Assembly (NCBI GenBank): GCA_947625685.1
Contig: CANQPK010000002.1
Coordinates: forward strand, 839-64,838
Direction: 5' to 3'
From: an uncultured Clostridia bacterium
GTDB lineage: Bacteria > Bacillota > Clostridia > TANB77 > CAG-508
Length of the DNA: 64,000 nucleotides
Part shown: piece by piece, positions 47,098 through 56,724 of the stretch
Position numbering within the stretch: the stretch's first letter is position 1
How the letters are laid out: each line of letters begins with the position of its first letter
Position numbers and translations under genes: made by a program
Notes under the pieces: generated by a model
Database searches by the model: none
The model's input: only the letters and a program-made list of their open reading frames with translations
What the model was told of the DNA's origin: nothing

Positions 47098-49203
47098 ATG
47101 AAAGTTTTATTTGCTGTTAATAATGAAAACATATCAGAATCAATTATTAAATTATATCAAAAAGAATATAGAGAAATAATATCTGGTAAGAATGTTTATT
47201 ATTTTAATGCAATAATAAAAGAATTACAAAGGGATCAAAGCTATGATAGAGTGGTTATAAGTGAAGATTTAGAGCCATATACAAATAGTAATATTGATTT
47301 CATAGATAAATTTTTATTTGAACAATTGGATAAAATTAGTGATGAAGCAACAACTGATACGGGAGCTGATATACCAATCATATTTATAGCAACTGATAGA
47401 CGCTCAAAATCAGACAATTTGTTATCTAAATTATTTTCAATAGGTGTATACGATGCACTTCTTGGATCAGATAGAAGTATTCCAGAAGTATGTAAATTAC
47501 TTAACAAACCTCGTACAAAAAAAGAGGCAAAAGTATATTATAAAATAGAAACAGAAGAAGTTGAGTATAAAGCAGAATCTGAAGATAGTGTAAGTGAAAC
47601 TGAAATACAAAATATTTTAACATATTATAAAAGATTAGGAAGAAATACTGATAGATATGTAGAAAGCTTTGATAATATAGCTGCTCAATATAATGATGCA
47701 CAATTAAGAATAATATCTACATTTTTACCAATAAATGTAAGAGCAGTTCTTGAAGCAGAATCTCCAAAATATCAGTCTATAATGACTTTTGGAGAAGGAA
47801 CATATAAAGGTGGAGTTCAAAAAGAAGAACCAAAAGATGATTTGAAAATAGGATTTATAGAAACTCAATCTAATAAAGGAAGACCTACAAAACCAGTAGT
47901 TATTCCTTCAGCTGTTAATAAAAATGCAGTAAGTAAGCTTACAAGGAAAATAGAAAATCCAGAAGATACAGAAGAACAAGATTCAAGTATAGATGCGAAT
48001 GCTTTTTCTGATATTATGGAAGAAGTTAATGAGCCTGTTGTAAAAAGAGGAAGAGGAAGACCTAAAAAACAAATAGACCCTGCTGAAGCTTTAGAAAACG
48101 AGACAAAAGTAAAGAGGGGAAGAGGAAGACCTAAAAAACAGGTAGAAGAACCTGCAGAGAATGATAATATTCTTCCTGGATTTGATGAAATCGAAGAAAA
48201 CACTTTACCAGGATTTGAAAACTTAAATGAAACAAGTTATAGTGCTAATGATTTTGAAGAACCAGAAGATAAATACATCGAGGATACTTCTGAACCACAA
48301 GAAAATGACTTAACAAGATTATTATCGAGAGATAAAAAGGTAGTAGCATTTGTTGGTACAACAAAATGTGGAACATCTTTCTTAGTAAATAATATTGCAG
48401 ATGTACTTGCAAATGAAAATATAAATACAGCAATATTAGACGTTACATCTAATAAAAATTCATATTATATATATACTAAAAATGAAGAACAATTAAGAAA
48501 GAAAGCATCAGGATGCATGGAAGCACTAGAACAGGGCGTTGTCAATGGAATAAATGTAAGTAGAAATCTAACAGTATTTACATCAGTTCCAGGCAAAAAA
48601 ATAGAAGCAGATGATGTACAAGCCATAGTTGGAGCATTATTAAAAAAATATTCATTAGTAATATTAGATTGTGATTTTAAAACAGCTTATGAATACTTTA
48701 ATATAGCTCAAGAAATATATTTAGTACAAAGTATGGATATATTGACAATTCAGCCATTAACAGCATTTTTAAGAGATCTAGAAACAATCAACATGAATAT
48801 TCAATCAAAATTTAAAATAGTATTAAACAAGGCAATGAGGGTTAGAGGATTAAGCGAAAAAGCGATAGTTGGTGGAATGTCTTGCTATAATGATCCAGAA
48901 ATGTCATATATGAGAGATTTATTTAACAGAGATAAGATACAAGTAATTACTATACCATTTGATGAAGACGCATTGTCAAAATATTTGTCAGGGATAGTAG
49001 ATTGTATTGTAACGACAAATGGATATTCAAAACAATTTATGTCAGAGTTAAAAACTTTAGCAGATGATGTTTACCCTTTAGTTACAAATAAATACAGACA
49101 AGATTATTCTAAAAATAATAAGTTTGCAAATGAAAACCAAGAAAATAATTTTAGCAATAGTATGAATAGTACTTTAGCTAAAATGAAGGGAAATATGAAA
49201 TAA
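47098..49203 (+). CDS. Uncharacterised three-part protein: receiver-like N-domain, two AT-hooks, ParA/MinD-like C-domain with a degenerate Walker A
   Basis: 701 aa. The N-terminus (MKVLFAVNNE...RVVISEDL...PIIFIATD) is CheY/TadZ-like by eye. KRGRGRPKK occurs twice (48043-48069 and 48112-48138). The C-terminus reads KKVVAFVGTTKCGTSFLVNNIA...LVILDCD. Confidence 0.5.
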   Translation: MKVLFAVNNENISESIIKLYQKEYREIISGKNVYYFNAIIKELQRDQSYDRVVISEDLEPYTNSNIDFIDKFLFEQLDKISDEATTDTGADIPIIFIATDRRSKSDNLLSKLFSIGVYDALLGSDRSIPEVCKLLNKPRTKKEAKVYYKIETEEVEYKAESEDSVSETEIQNILTYYKRLGRNTDRYVESFDNIAAQYNDAQLRIISTFLPINVRAVLEAESPKYQSIMTFGEGTYKGGVQKEEPKDDLKIGFIETQSNKGRPTKPVVIPSAVNKNAVSKLTRKIENPEDTEEQDSSIDANAFSDIMEEVNEPVVKRGRGRPKKQIDPAEALENETKVKRGRGRPKKQVEEPAENDNILPGFDEIEENTLPGFENLNETSYSANDFEEPEDKYIEDTSEPQENDLTRLLSRDKKVVAFVGTTKCGTSFLVNNIADVLANENINTAILDVTSNKNSYYIYTKNEEQLRKKASGCMEALEQGVVNGINVSRNLTVFTSVPGKKIEADDVQAIVGALLKKYSLVILDCDFKTAYEYFNIAQEIYLVQSMDILTIQPLTAFLRDLETINMNIQSKFKIVLNKAMRVRGLSEKAIVGGMSCYNDPEMSYMRDLFNRDKIQVITIPFDEDALSKYLSGIVDCIVTTNGYSKQFMSELKTLADDVYPLVTNKYRQDYSKNNKFANENQENNFSNSMNSTLAKMKGNMK

Positions 49204-49221
49204 TCAGAGAGGGAAAAAGAT

Positions 49222-50340
49222 ATGGTATTTGCTGTAATAATAATATTAGTATTTATAATCATAGCATTATTAGTATACAATATAGTAATTAATAAAAAAA
49301 TCAAAACATTTAAGGATATAAATCAAAAAGTTACAAGCTTAAATGTTTTGCAAGACTTCATGAGTACAGTTGGAGATACTATGACAGTCGACGAAAAAAT
49401 AGTTAGAATAAATGAAATACTAATAGAACAATATGCAATTAAATATTCAACTATAGTTATGTTCAATGGTACAGAGTATGTAATAAAAGCATCAAATGTA
49501 GATAGAAAACATTGGGAGACATTAAGAAATTTACAGAATGAAGAAATTTTTAAAGACAGTATAACAACTGCAAAACCTAAATATGTAACTGTTAATAAAG
49601 AAGAGGAAAGACTTCCATATCAAAAAATGGAATTTGGACGAGCTAAATCAGCCATGTTTTTCCCATTGTATATAGATAATGTCTATATAGGATATTGGAT
49701 AATCGAAAGTGGTAAAATGCACGCATTTGACAATATAGATACGACAATATTAGAGGTAGTTAAGGAAAATATTATATCTATATTTAAAATAGTATCTTAT
49801 CAAAACATAGTAGAAAGTTTGACAAGACAAGATTTATACTCTGATTTAAAAAGTTCAGAATATTTATATGAAGATGGAAGAAAAATAATAGATAGCTATA
49901 CTACATCTACAATATGTATGTTTAAAATTACTAACTTAGAAGATATTAATAAGAATATAAATAGAGATACTGGAAATCAAACGATAATAGATGTATGTGA
50001 TTATATAAAAGAAAAATTATCTGATGAATATATATTTGTTAGATATATGGGTCCTAAATTTGTAATAGCATTTTCAGGAGTTGAAATTGACGGAGTTGTA
50101 GAATTTTTAAATGATATAAAAAGAGAAGTTGAAAATTTAGAAATTGAAGATGTAGTTGCATTAGAGGAAAATGAAAAAAATGCTAAAAAGAAGAAAAAAG
50201 AAATATCTATTACACATCCAAAATTGAATTTTATTCTTACGACATATTATAAAGGAACAGCTTTAGAAGCGGTACTTAAAAAACTAGAAGAATATCTTGA
50301 TACAGCAAAGGAAGACGAAAATGATATTAATCAAATATAA
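49222..50340 (+). CDS. Membrane-anchored GAF-like plus degenerate GGDEF-like domain protein
   Basis: 372 aa with an N-terminal TM segment. The C-terminal region has GGDEF-fold-like spacing, but RYMGPKF replaces the GGDEF signature. Confidence 0.45.
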   Translation: MVFAVIIILVFIIIALLVYNIVINKKIKTFKDINQKVTSLNVLQDFMSTVGDTMTVDEKIVRINEILIEQYAIKYSTIVMFNGTEYVIKASNVDRKHWETLRNLQNEEIFKDSITTAKPKYVTVNKEEERLPYQKMEFGRAKSAMFFPLYIDNVYIGYWIIESGKMHAFDNIDTTILEVVKENIISIFKIVSYQNIVESLTRQDLYSDLKSSEYLYEDGRKIIDSYTTSTICMFKITNLEDINKNINRDTGNQTIIDVCDYIKEKLSDEYIFVRYMGPKFVIAFSGVEIDGVVEFLNDIKREVENLEIEDVVALEENEKNAKKKKKEISITHPKLNFILTTYYKGTALEAVLKKLEEYLDTAKEDENDINQI

Positions 50341-50357
50341 TTAGGAGGTAGAGAAAT

Positions 50358-50609
50358 ATGGATTTTGACAAAACAATGAATTTTAAAGTAGAAAATGATC
50401 AAAATGTTAAATACAAAGAGGTACTTAAAGAAGTATATAAAGCACTTGAAGAGAAAGGATACAATCCAGTAAATCAAATAGTTGGATACATTTTATCAGG
50501 AGATCCAACATATATCACAAGTCATAATGATGCAAGAACAATAATTAGAAAAGTAGAAAGAGATGAATTACTAGAAAAAATGGTAAAAACATATATAGGA
50601 ATAGAATAA
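50358..50609 (+). CDS. IreB-family regulatory phosphoprotein (UPF0297)
   Basis: 83 aa. [39 protein letters not shown]. Confidence 0.88.
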   Translation: MDFDKTMNFKVENDQNVKYKEVLKEVYKALEEKGYNPVNQIVGYILSGDPTYITSHNDARTIIRKVERDELLEKMVKTYIGIE

Positions 50610-51028
50610 TGAGAAGTTTAGGAATAGACTATGGAGATTCAAGAATAGGACTAGCCATATCAGATGAACTAAACATAACAGCACAAGGGTTAGAAACAAT
50701 CCACCATAAAGGTAATGATAAAATAGTATTAAAGAGAATAGAAGAACTTTTAAATATGTATGATATTTCTACATTTGTAATAGGAATGCCAATCAATATG
50801 GATGGCACCTCAGGAGAAAGAGTAGAAGTTACTAAAAAATTCATACATAAATTAAAATGCAAATTTAATAATATAAATATAGAAACTGTCGATGAAAGAT
50901 TGACAACAGTACAAGCACATAAAACGATGAATTTTCTTAATGTAGATGGATCTAAGAAAAAAAACATAGTAGATACTATTTCAGCTGTGTATATTTTAGA
51001 AACATATATGAATAAACAAAGTCATTAA
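50609..51028 (+). CDS. ruvX: Putative pre-16S rRNA nuclease / Holliday junction resolvase-like YqgF
   Basis: 139 aa. LGIDYGDSRIGLAISD...FVIGMPINMDGTSGERV...DERLTT. Confidence 0.9.
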   Translation: MRSLGIDYGDSRIGLAISDELNITAQGLETIHHKGNDKIVLKRIEELLNMYDISTFVIGMPINMDGTSGERVEVTKKFIHKLKCKFNNINIETVDERLTTVQAHKTMNFLNVDGSKKKNIVDTISAVYILETYMNKQSH

Positions 51029-51080
51029 AATTGTTAAATACAATTATTTATATAAAAAAATTGAAAGGAGAAAATTTAAA

Positions 51081-51380
51081 ATGGATGAAGAATTAGATAA
51101 TGTTATAATATTAAATGATGAGGATGGAAATGAAGTAAGCTTTGAATTTCTTGACTTAGTTGAATTAGATGGGGAAGAATATGTAATATTACTACCTACT
51201 GATGAAGATGAAAATGAACCAGGAGAAGTTGTTATTCTTCAAGTTGAAGACACAGACTCAGAAGATGAAGAGTCATATATCAGTGTTGAAAATGAAGAAA
51301 TTTTAAACAAAGTATTTGAAATGTTCAAAGAAAAATTTAAAGACGAATTTGATTTTATAGATGAATCTGAAGAAGAATAA
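51081..51380 (+). CDS. DUF1292 acidic protein
   Basis: 99 aa. ILNDEDGNEVSFEFLDLVELDGEEYVILLP. The ireB-ruvX-DUF1292 order is conserved. Confidence 0.85.
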   Translation: MDEELDNVIILNDEDGNEVSFEFLDLVELDGEEYVILLPTDEDENEPGEVVILQVEDTDSEDEESYISVENEEILNKVFEMFKEKFKDEFDFIDESEEE

Positions 51381-51387
51381 AAATATT

Positions 51388-51418
51388 AAAAAAGTGGATA
51401 AATGTTATCCACTTTTTT
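51388..51418. terminator. Bidirectional terminator
   Basis: aaaaaagtggataa-atg-ttatccactttttt. Confidence 0.8.
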
Positions 51419-51437
51419 AATGTATTTATAAATCTTT

Positions 51438-52670
51438 TTAATAAGTAATCAATTTTGTCGTATAATCTAGGTTTGAAAGAGAATCATATTCATATCCTAG
51501 AGTGTAAGTGTTTGTTGCTTGTATGTCTTTTTCAAGCATCATTAAAAGTTTTTTATTTCTGCAAGTTGACATGAAATTTTTAACAGAAGTTACAACTTGC
51601 AATTTTTTATTCGATTTACAAATTTCAGATAATAATTCTTGACCTTTTGAATTAAATCCTAAAACTCTAATATATGGGTCAATCCTTTTAGAATCTTCCA
51701 TATCTTCTTTGGTGAAACCTAAAAGGGCATACAATAAAATTCTATCAATTCTTGTTTGAGTGTATCTCTTAGATTTTACCAATTTAATGAATTCAGATAG
51801 ATTATTACAAGAATTAGCTGCGTTTTTAATAGTATTTTCAAGACCTTCTGAAACATCAGGAAGGTTTGCAATATCTGCAGTTGTCATACGTCTTAAAGTA
51901 AACATTATTTCTTTTTCAAAACTTTCTATTCCTTTTACATAATGACCTTTCTTAACTGCTTCAGCTAAAATATCATAAGAAACTTTTGGAAGTACTTTAT
52001 CTAATGAATAGAAGTTTCGATCACTGATAAATCTTCTAATTGCAGTTCCACTAGCAAAATCGTCAATAACCATATTACTGTTATATCCAGGACCTTTTCT
52101 TTTTATAGAAATAGGTTGTATAGTAGATTCGCTTAATTGTAATGCTTTTAAATATTCTATTGCAAGAATATTATTTGGAGATGATAGTACATTTGCATAT
52201 TTTCTTATATCATTTAAATACATTAAAAGTGCATTCTCTCTTGCTTTTGGGAATGAAATACCTTTAGATAGTTCATGTGCAAGTAATGATTTATATTCAT
52301 CAGGTTCTTCTGTAAGAATTGTTGCAAATTCTTTAAGAACTGACATATCATTAATCTCTGATCCAAAAGATATTGAATCTACAATTTTAAGAGAATTAAG
52401 TATTTTAATTGCACCTGATGCAAAGTTTTCAGCACTAGATATACTATATATGCAAGGCAATTCTAAAACTAAGTCAATACCATTTAGAATAGCCATTTTA
52501 GCTCTTGTCCATTTGTCAATAAGTGCAACATTTCCTCTTTGAACAAAGTTACCAGAAATAACTGCAACAGTATAATTTGCTCCAGTAATTTTTTTTGATT
52601 CATTTAAATGGTAAAGATGTCCGTTATGGAATGGATTATACTCACCGACTATACCAAGAACAGTATCCAT
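51438..52670 (-). CDS. tmcAL: tRNA(Met) cytidine acetate ligase TmcAL (YlbM/UPF0348 nucleotidyltransferase)
   Basis: The start is taken at ATG 52670 after an AAGGAG RBS. MDTVLGIVGEYNPFHNGHLYHL...ISGNFVQRG. The 587-aa track ORF is an artefactual upstream extension across rnhA. Confidence 0.85.
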   Translation of the reverse strand: MDTVLGIVGEYNPFHNGHLYHLNESKKITGANYTVAVISGNFVQRGNVALIDKWTRAKMAILNGIDLVLELPCIYSISSAENFASGAIKILNSLKIVDSISFGSEINDMSVLKEFATILTEEPDEYKSLLAHELSKGISFPKARENALLMYLNDIRKYANVLSSPNNILAIEYLKALQLSESTIQPISIKRKGPGYNSNMVIDDFASGTAIRRFISDRNFYSLDKVLPKVSYDILAEAVKKGHYVKGIESFEKEIMFTLRRMTTADIANLPDVSEGLENTIKNAANSCNNLSEFIKLVKSKRYTQTRIDRILLYALLGFTKEDMEDSKRIDPYIRVLGFNSKGQELLSEICKSNKKLQVVTSVKNFMSTCRNKKLLMMLEKDIQATNTYTLGYEYDSLSNLDYTTKLITY

Positions 52671-52776
52671 TAATTCTATCTCCTTTACAATTTTCATGTT
52701 TACTGATATAATATCATAAAAAAATAAATAATTCAATCCTTTTATGTAAATAATTATTAAAACGGAGGAAAAAATA

Positions 52777-53211
52777 ATGAAAAAAGTCACAATATATACA
52801 GATGGTGCATGTTCTGGAAACCCAGGTCCAGGAGGTTGGGGAGCAATACTGATATATGAAGAAAATAAAAAAGAAATATCAGGTAATTCAAGCCAAACAA
52901 CAAATAATATCATGGAAATGACAGCTGTTATAGAAGCACTAAAATTATTAAAATATCCATGTGAAGTTGAATTATATAGTGATAGCGCATATGTTGTAGA
53001 TGCATTTAATAAAAAGTGGGTAGAATCTTGGCAAAAAAATTCTTGGAAAAATTCTAAAAAAGAAGAAGTAAAGAATAAAGAATTGTGGGAAGCTTTAATC
53101 AAACTTACTAATATACATACAGTAGAATTTATAAAAGTTAAAGGACATAGTGATGATGAGCTCAATAATAGATGTGATGAACTTGCAAGAAATGCAATCA
53201 ATAATTTATAA
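52777..53211 (+). CDS. rnhA: Ribonuclease HI
   Basis: 144 aa. [20 protein letters not shown]...[13 protein letters not shown]...YSDSAYV...[17 protein letters not shown]. Confidence 0.92.
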   Translation: MKKVTIYTDGACSGNPGPGGWGAILIYEENKKEISGNSSQTTNNIMEMTAVIEALKLLKYPCEVELYSDSAYVVDAFNKKWVESWQKNSWKNSKKEEVKNKELWEALIKLTNIHTVEFIKVKGHSDDELNNRCDELARNAINNL

Positions 53212-53223
53212 GGAGATGTAAAT

Positions 53224-54116
53224 ATGAATATAGGTATAGATTTAGGCGGAAGCCATATTGCTATAGGACTTGTTAATAAAGAAAAAATATTATATAAATA
53301 TGAAAAAATTTTTACAAAGGAAGATAAAGAAAATATAAAGCAAACTATTAAAAAATATATATCTGAAGGAATTGAGAATATATTAAAAATAGAAAAATTA
53401 GAAAATATAGAAATGGTAGGGGTTTCAGTTCCACGGAAGAATTAATAATGGAATAATTACACATTCGCCAAATTTAAGCATAAATGGATTAAATATAAAA
53501 GACCTAATTAAAGAGAATATAGATTTACCTATATACGTAAAAAATGACGGAATGTGTGCAGGACTTGCAGAAAAAGAATATGGAAATTTAAAAGAAAGCA
53601 ATAATGGAGTGTTTTTAGGAGTAGGTACTGGAATTGGAACAGCAGTATTTATTAATGGCAAACTTATGGAAGAAATAAGAAGTGCGCGGACATATTATAA
53701 TAGAAAGAAACGGAAAAGCATGTACCTGCGGCAAAAATGGATGCTATGAGGCGTATGCTTCTATGAGAGTATTAAAAGCAAATATAAGAAAATATTTTAA
53801 AAATGAGACACTCTCAAGTGAAGATATAGTAGAGCTATTGAAAAATAAGGAAAATTTAAACCAAGTAGAGAATATTATCAAAGAATATATAGAATATCTT
53901 GCAATAGGAATTTCAAATATGGCAAGACTATGTTCAGCAGATACAGTTGTAATAGGAGGAAGTTTTGTACATTATAAAGATTTACTATTTGAAAGATTAC
54001 AAAACGAATTAGACAGGATAATGTCTCCTCTCGAAAAAGAAAAAACCACGATAAAACTTGCGAAATTTAGTAATGACGCAGGAATAATTGGTGCAACTTT
54101 GATTCAAGAAATATAA
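53224..54116 (+). CDS. glcK: ROK-family glucokinase (needs +1 at CGG 53434 and CGG 53687)
   Basis: Three collinear pieces. (1) MNIGIDLGGSHIAIGLV...VGVSVP. (2) GRINNGIITHSPNLSINGLNIKDLI...NDGMCAGLAEKEYG...GVGTGIGTAVFINGKLMEEIRSA. (3) GHIIIERNGKACTCGKNGCYEAYASM, the ROK CxCGxxGC motif, which runs to 54116. Confidence 0.85.
53434..53437 (+). other. CGG +1 recoding site (glcK, 1 of 2)
   Basis: Frame 0 reads CCA CGG AAG AAT TAA. Skipping C53434 gives GGA AGA ATT AAT AAT GGA = VP-G-RINNG. Confidence 0.72.
53687..53690 (+). other. CGG +1 recoding site (glcK, 2 of 2)
   Basis: Frame 0 reads GCG CGG ACA TAT. Skipping C53687 gives GGA CAT ATT ATA ATA GAA = SA-G-HIIIERNG. Confidence 0.72.
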
Positions 54117-54121
54117 ATATT

Positions 54122-54153
54122 AAAAAATTGGAATAATATTATTCCAATTTTTT
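54122..54153. terminator. Bidirectional terminator
   Basis: Perfect palindrome aaaaaattggaataatattattccaatttttt. Confidence 0.8.
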
Positions 54154-54158
54154 AATAT

Positions 54159-55007
54159 TTATTTAGTTATTAAATTAGTTTTATATGATGAACAAATTTT
54201 ACAATCAGTACAGATTTCATATCTATTTTCAAAAATAAGCTTTATGGTATTAATAAACTCATCTTTTTGACAGTTCACCAAATGAATTATAATTTTTTTA
54301 GGTGTCAAATTAAGTAAAGTATTGAGTGCATAATCATTAGAAGAAAAAGTTATATCAGATAAGTATTTAGCTTGAAATATAGTATCATCAGTTGGTATAA
54401 CTTTTTTATCTATGTCAAGCAAAGTACTTTCTCCATTATAATAAATTAAATGTATAAGAGGTGAGTTAAATGGGGTATAAGAAACGTACATTTTTAAAAT
54501 ATCTATAAATTCATTATATTCTTTTTCAATCAAAAATTTATTAACAGAAATATCTATAATATAGTCTAAATTTTTCATATAATTTTGCAATCTAAAGTTA
54601 ACAAAACCATCTAATATAATAGATTTATTTTCAGTAATATAATCTAGAATAGGGTAGTAGATTGAAAAATAATTATCTTCATTAGACAAATTATCATCTT
54701 TTATAAATTGCTCAGCTAAATCCATAATTTTTCTTTTTTCTTTATTTGTAAAATAAAAATAATTATATTCAAGAATCCTTTTTAATAATTTCTCTTGATA
54801 AAATTCAATTATAGTATCTGTAAGAATAGATGATATTTTATCATAAAAAAGCTCATAATTTGTATTATTAAAGTGCACAATAACATTGTTGTAGACTTTA
54901 AAATGATGATGTGAGATAAATAAAGAGTCTAAATTTAAGTCAGATAGTTTTTGCAATAAGGAAGAAATGATATCGTCATTATTATTTTTTATGCATAAAG
55001 ATTTCAC
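54159..55007 (-). CDS. YtxC-like putative sporulation protein
   Basis: 282-aa ORF. The size and composition resemble Firmicute YtxC-like proteins. No diagnostic motif was verified. Confidence 0.35.
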   Translation of the reverse strand: MKSLCIKNNNDDIISSLLQKLSDLNLDSLFISHHHFKVYNNVIVHFNNTNYELFYDKISSILTDTIIEFYQEKLLKRILEYNYFYFTNKEKRKIMDLAEQFIKDDNLSNEDNYFSIYYPILDYITENKSIILDGFVNFRLQNYMKNLDYIIDISVNKFLIEKEYNEFIDILKMYVSYTPFNSPLIHLIYYNGESTLLDIDKKVIPTDDTIFQAKYLSDITFSSNDYALNTLLNLTPKKIIIHLVNCQKDEFINTIKLIFENRYEICTDCKICSSYKTNLITK

Positions 55008-55116
55008 TTAAAAAAAGACCCCTTTCGAATTTAATTGCATATATATTATTTGCAAAAACAAAATAGATATACATACTATCTTATTCAAAAAGGGCCATTT
55101 TGCAACTTGTTTAATG

Positions 55117-56709
55117 TCACATATATATTTTATAGTCAATATCAGGAAATATGGGGTCTTTCTCTGATATATCCTCTAAAAACTTAGTATCAATATTATT
55201 TTCTTTAAGTTGATAATATAATTTAGTAAATCTTCCAACATGATCTTTTATCCTTCTTTTAGCATAATCCACCATTGTACCATTAGTAATAATGAAATTC
55301 CAATCACTACTTTGAGCAAGTAATAGCTCTCTTGCACATTGGTTTAAAGCTTTTATTTTTATTTTATCTTTTTCATTTGCAAATTCGTTTGCAAGTTCTA
55401 TCATTCTATCACCGCAAATATGCAAATGTCTAATAGAATAGTCATTAAGCTCATTTAACCAAACCTCGCTGTAACCATTAGCACCCCAGCTAGAACGACA
55501 AGGTGTGCATTGTTGCATTTCTGGATATTTATCTATGTACTCAGAAGGAGTTATAAGCTTAAAATCAGATTTATCATAATAAATTTTCTTAAACAAAATA
55601 TATAGCCAATAAGGACCTTCATACCACCAATGTCCAAAAAGTTCAGCATCATATGGACAAAGAATAATTGGTGGAGTCTGCATATATTTTGAAAGATTAT
55701 TTATTTGTGATTGTCTTGAATCAAAGAAATGACCTGCTTGTCTTTCTGCAGAATCCATTGCCCATTGTATATTATAAATATCCTTATCCTCAGTTTTACC
55801 AGTAATTCTATGATACTTAATACCAGTATTAACTCTAACTCCATTATAAGTTATATATGGTTTAATGTATTCATAATCTGCATCATAACCGATATCTCTA
55901 TAAAATTCACGATAATTATAATCTCCAGGATATCCACAAACAGAACTCCAAACTTGCCTAGAAGACTCTAAATCTCTTCCAAAAGCAACAATTCCTTCAG
56001 GAGAAACAATAGGGGCAAAAGTACCATATACTGGAGTAGGATTTGCATATAAAATACCATGTGATTCTGATATAAAATATTCTATACCAAATTCTTTTAG
56101 GTATTTATCAATTTCAGGTATGTATCCACACTCAGGAAGCCAAATACCACGAGGCTTTCTTCCAAAATATTTTTCATATATTTGAACGCCAACAGCAATT
56201 TGAGCACGTACAACTTTTTCATTAACATATAGAATAGGAGAGTATCCGTGTGTTGCTGAGCAAGTTATAATTTCAAGCACTCCTATATCTTGAAAATGTT
56301 TAAAGCCTTGGATGATATTACAATTATATTCATCTTTAAAAATATGTAAGTCAGAAGAATATCTATCTAAATAATATTTTGATAATATATTTATTCTTTC
56401 ATTATCCTTTGTCCTTACAACTTCTTTTTCACATAATTCTATATGTTTTTTTAAATAATTTATATATCTTTTTTGTAATAATTTATTATCTAACATAGAA
56501 AGAAGAGGGGGAGTAATAGACATTGTAATTCTAAAGTCTACTTTTTCTTCCTCTAATTTCTTGAAATTTGTAAGTAAAGGTATATATGTTTCAGATATAG
56601 CTTCGAAAAGCCATTCTTCTTCTAAATAATTTTCACTCTCTGGATGGTGAACAAAAGGTAAGTGTGCATGCAAAACAAAACTTACATATCCTTTTGGATT
56701 ACTAGTCAT
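55117..56709 (-). CDS. Glycoside hydrolase family 57 protein (1,4-alpha-glucan branching enzyme-like, DUF1957)
   Basis: 530 aa. YVSFVLHAHLPFVHHPE..., CPYDAELFGHWWYEGPYWL. Confidence 0.82.
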   Translation of the reverse strand: MTSNPKGYVSFVLHAHLPFVHHPESENYLEEEWLFEAISETYIPLLTNFKKLEEEKVDFRITMSITPPLLSMLDNKLLQKRYINYLKKHIELCEKEVVRTKDNERINILSKYYLDRYSSDLHIFKDEYNCNIIQGFKHFQDIGVLEIITCSATHGYSPILYVNEKVVRAQIAVGVQIYEKYFGRKPRGIWLPECGYIPEIDKYLKEFGIEYFISESHGILYANPTPVYGTFAPIVSPEGIVAFGRDLESSRQVWSSVCGYPGDYNYREFYRDIGYDADYEYIKPYITYNGVRVNTGIKYHRITGKTEDKDIYNIQWAMDSAERQAGHFFDSRQSQINNLSKYMQTPPIILCPYDAELFGHWWYEGPYWLYILFKKIYYDKSDFKLITPSEYIDKYPEMQQCTPCRSSWGANGYSEVWLNELNDYSIRHLHICGDRMIELANEFANEKDKIKIKALNQCARELLLAQSSDWNFIITNGTMVDYAKRRIKDHVGRFTKLYYQLKENNIDTKFLEDISEKDPIFPDIDYKIYM

Positions 56710-56724
56710 TTGTATTTCCTCTTT

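Noticed and set aside
51438-53201. A 587-aa minus-strand ORF overlapping rnhA
   Set aside because: Only the part from ATG 52670 (RBS AAGGAG, MDTVLGIVGEYNPFHNGH) matches TmcAL. The upstream 177 codons are low-complexity and lie antisense to the well-supported rnhA gene.
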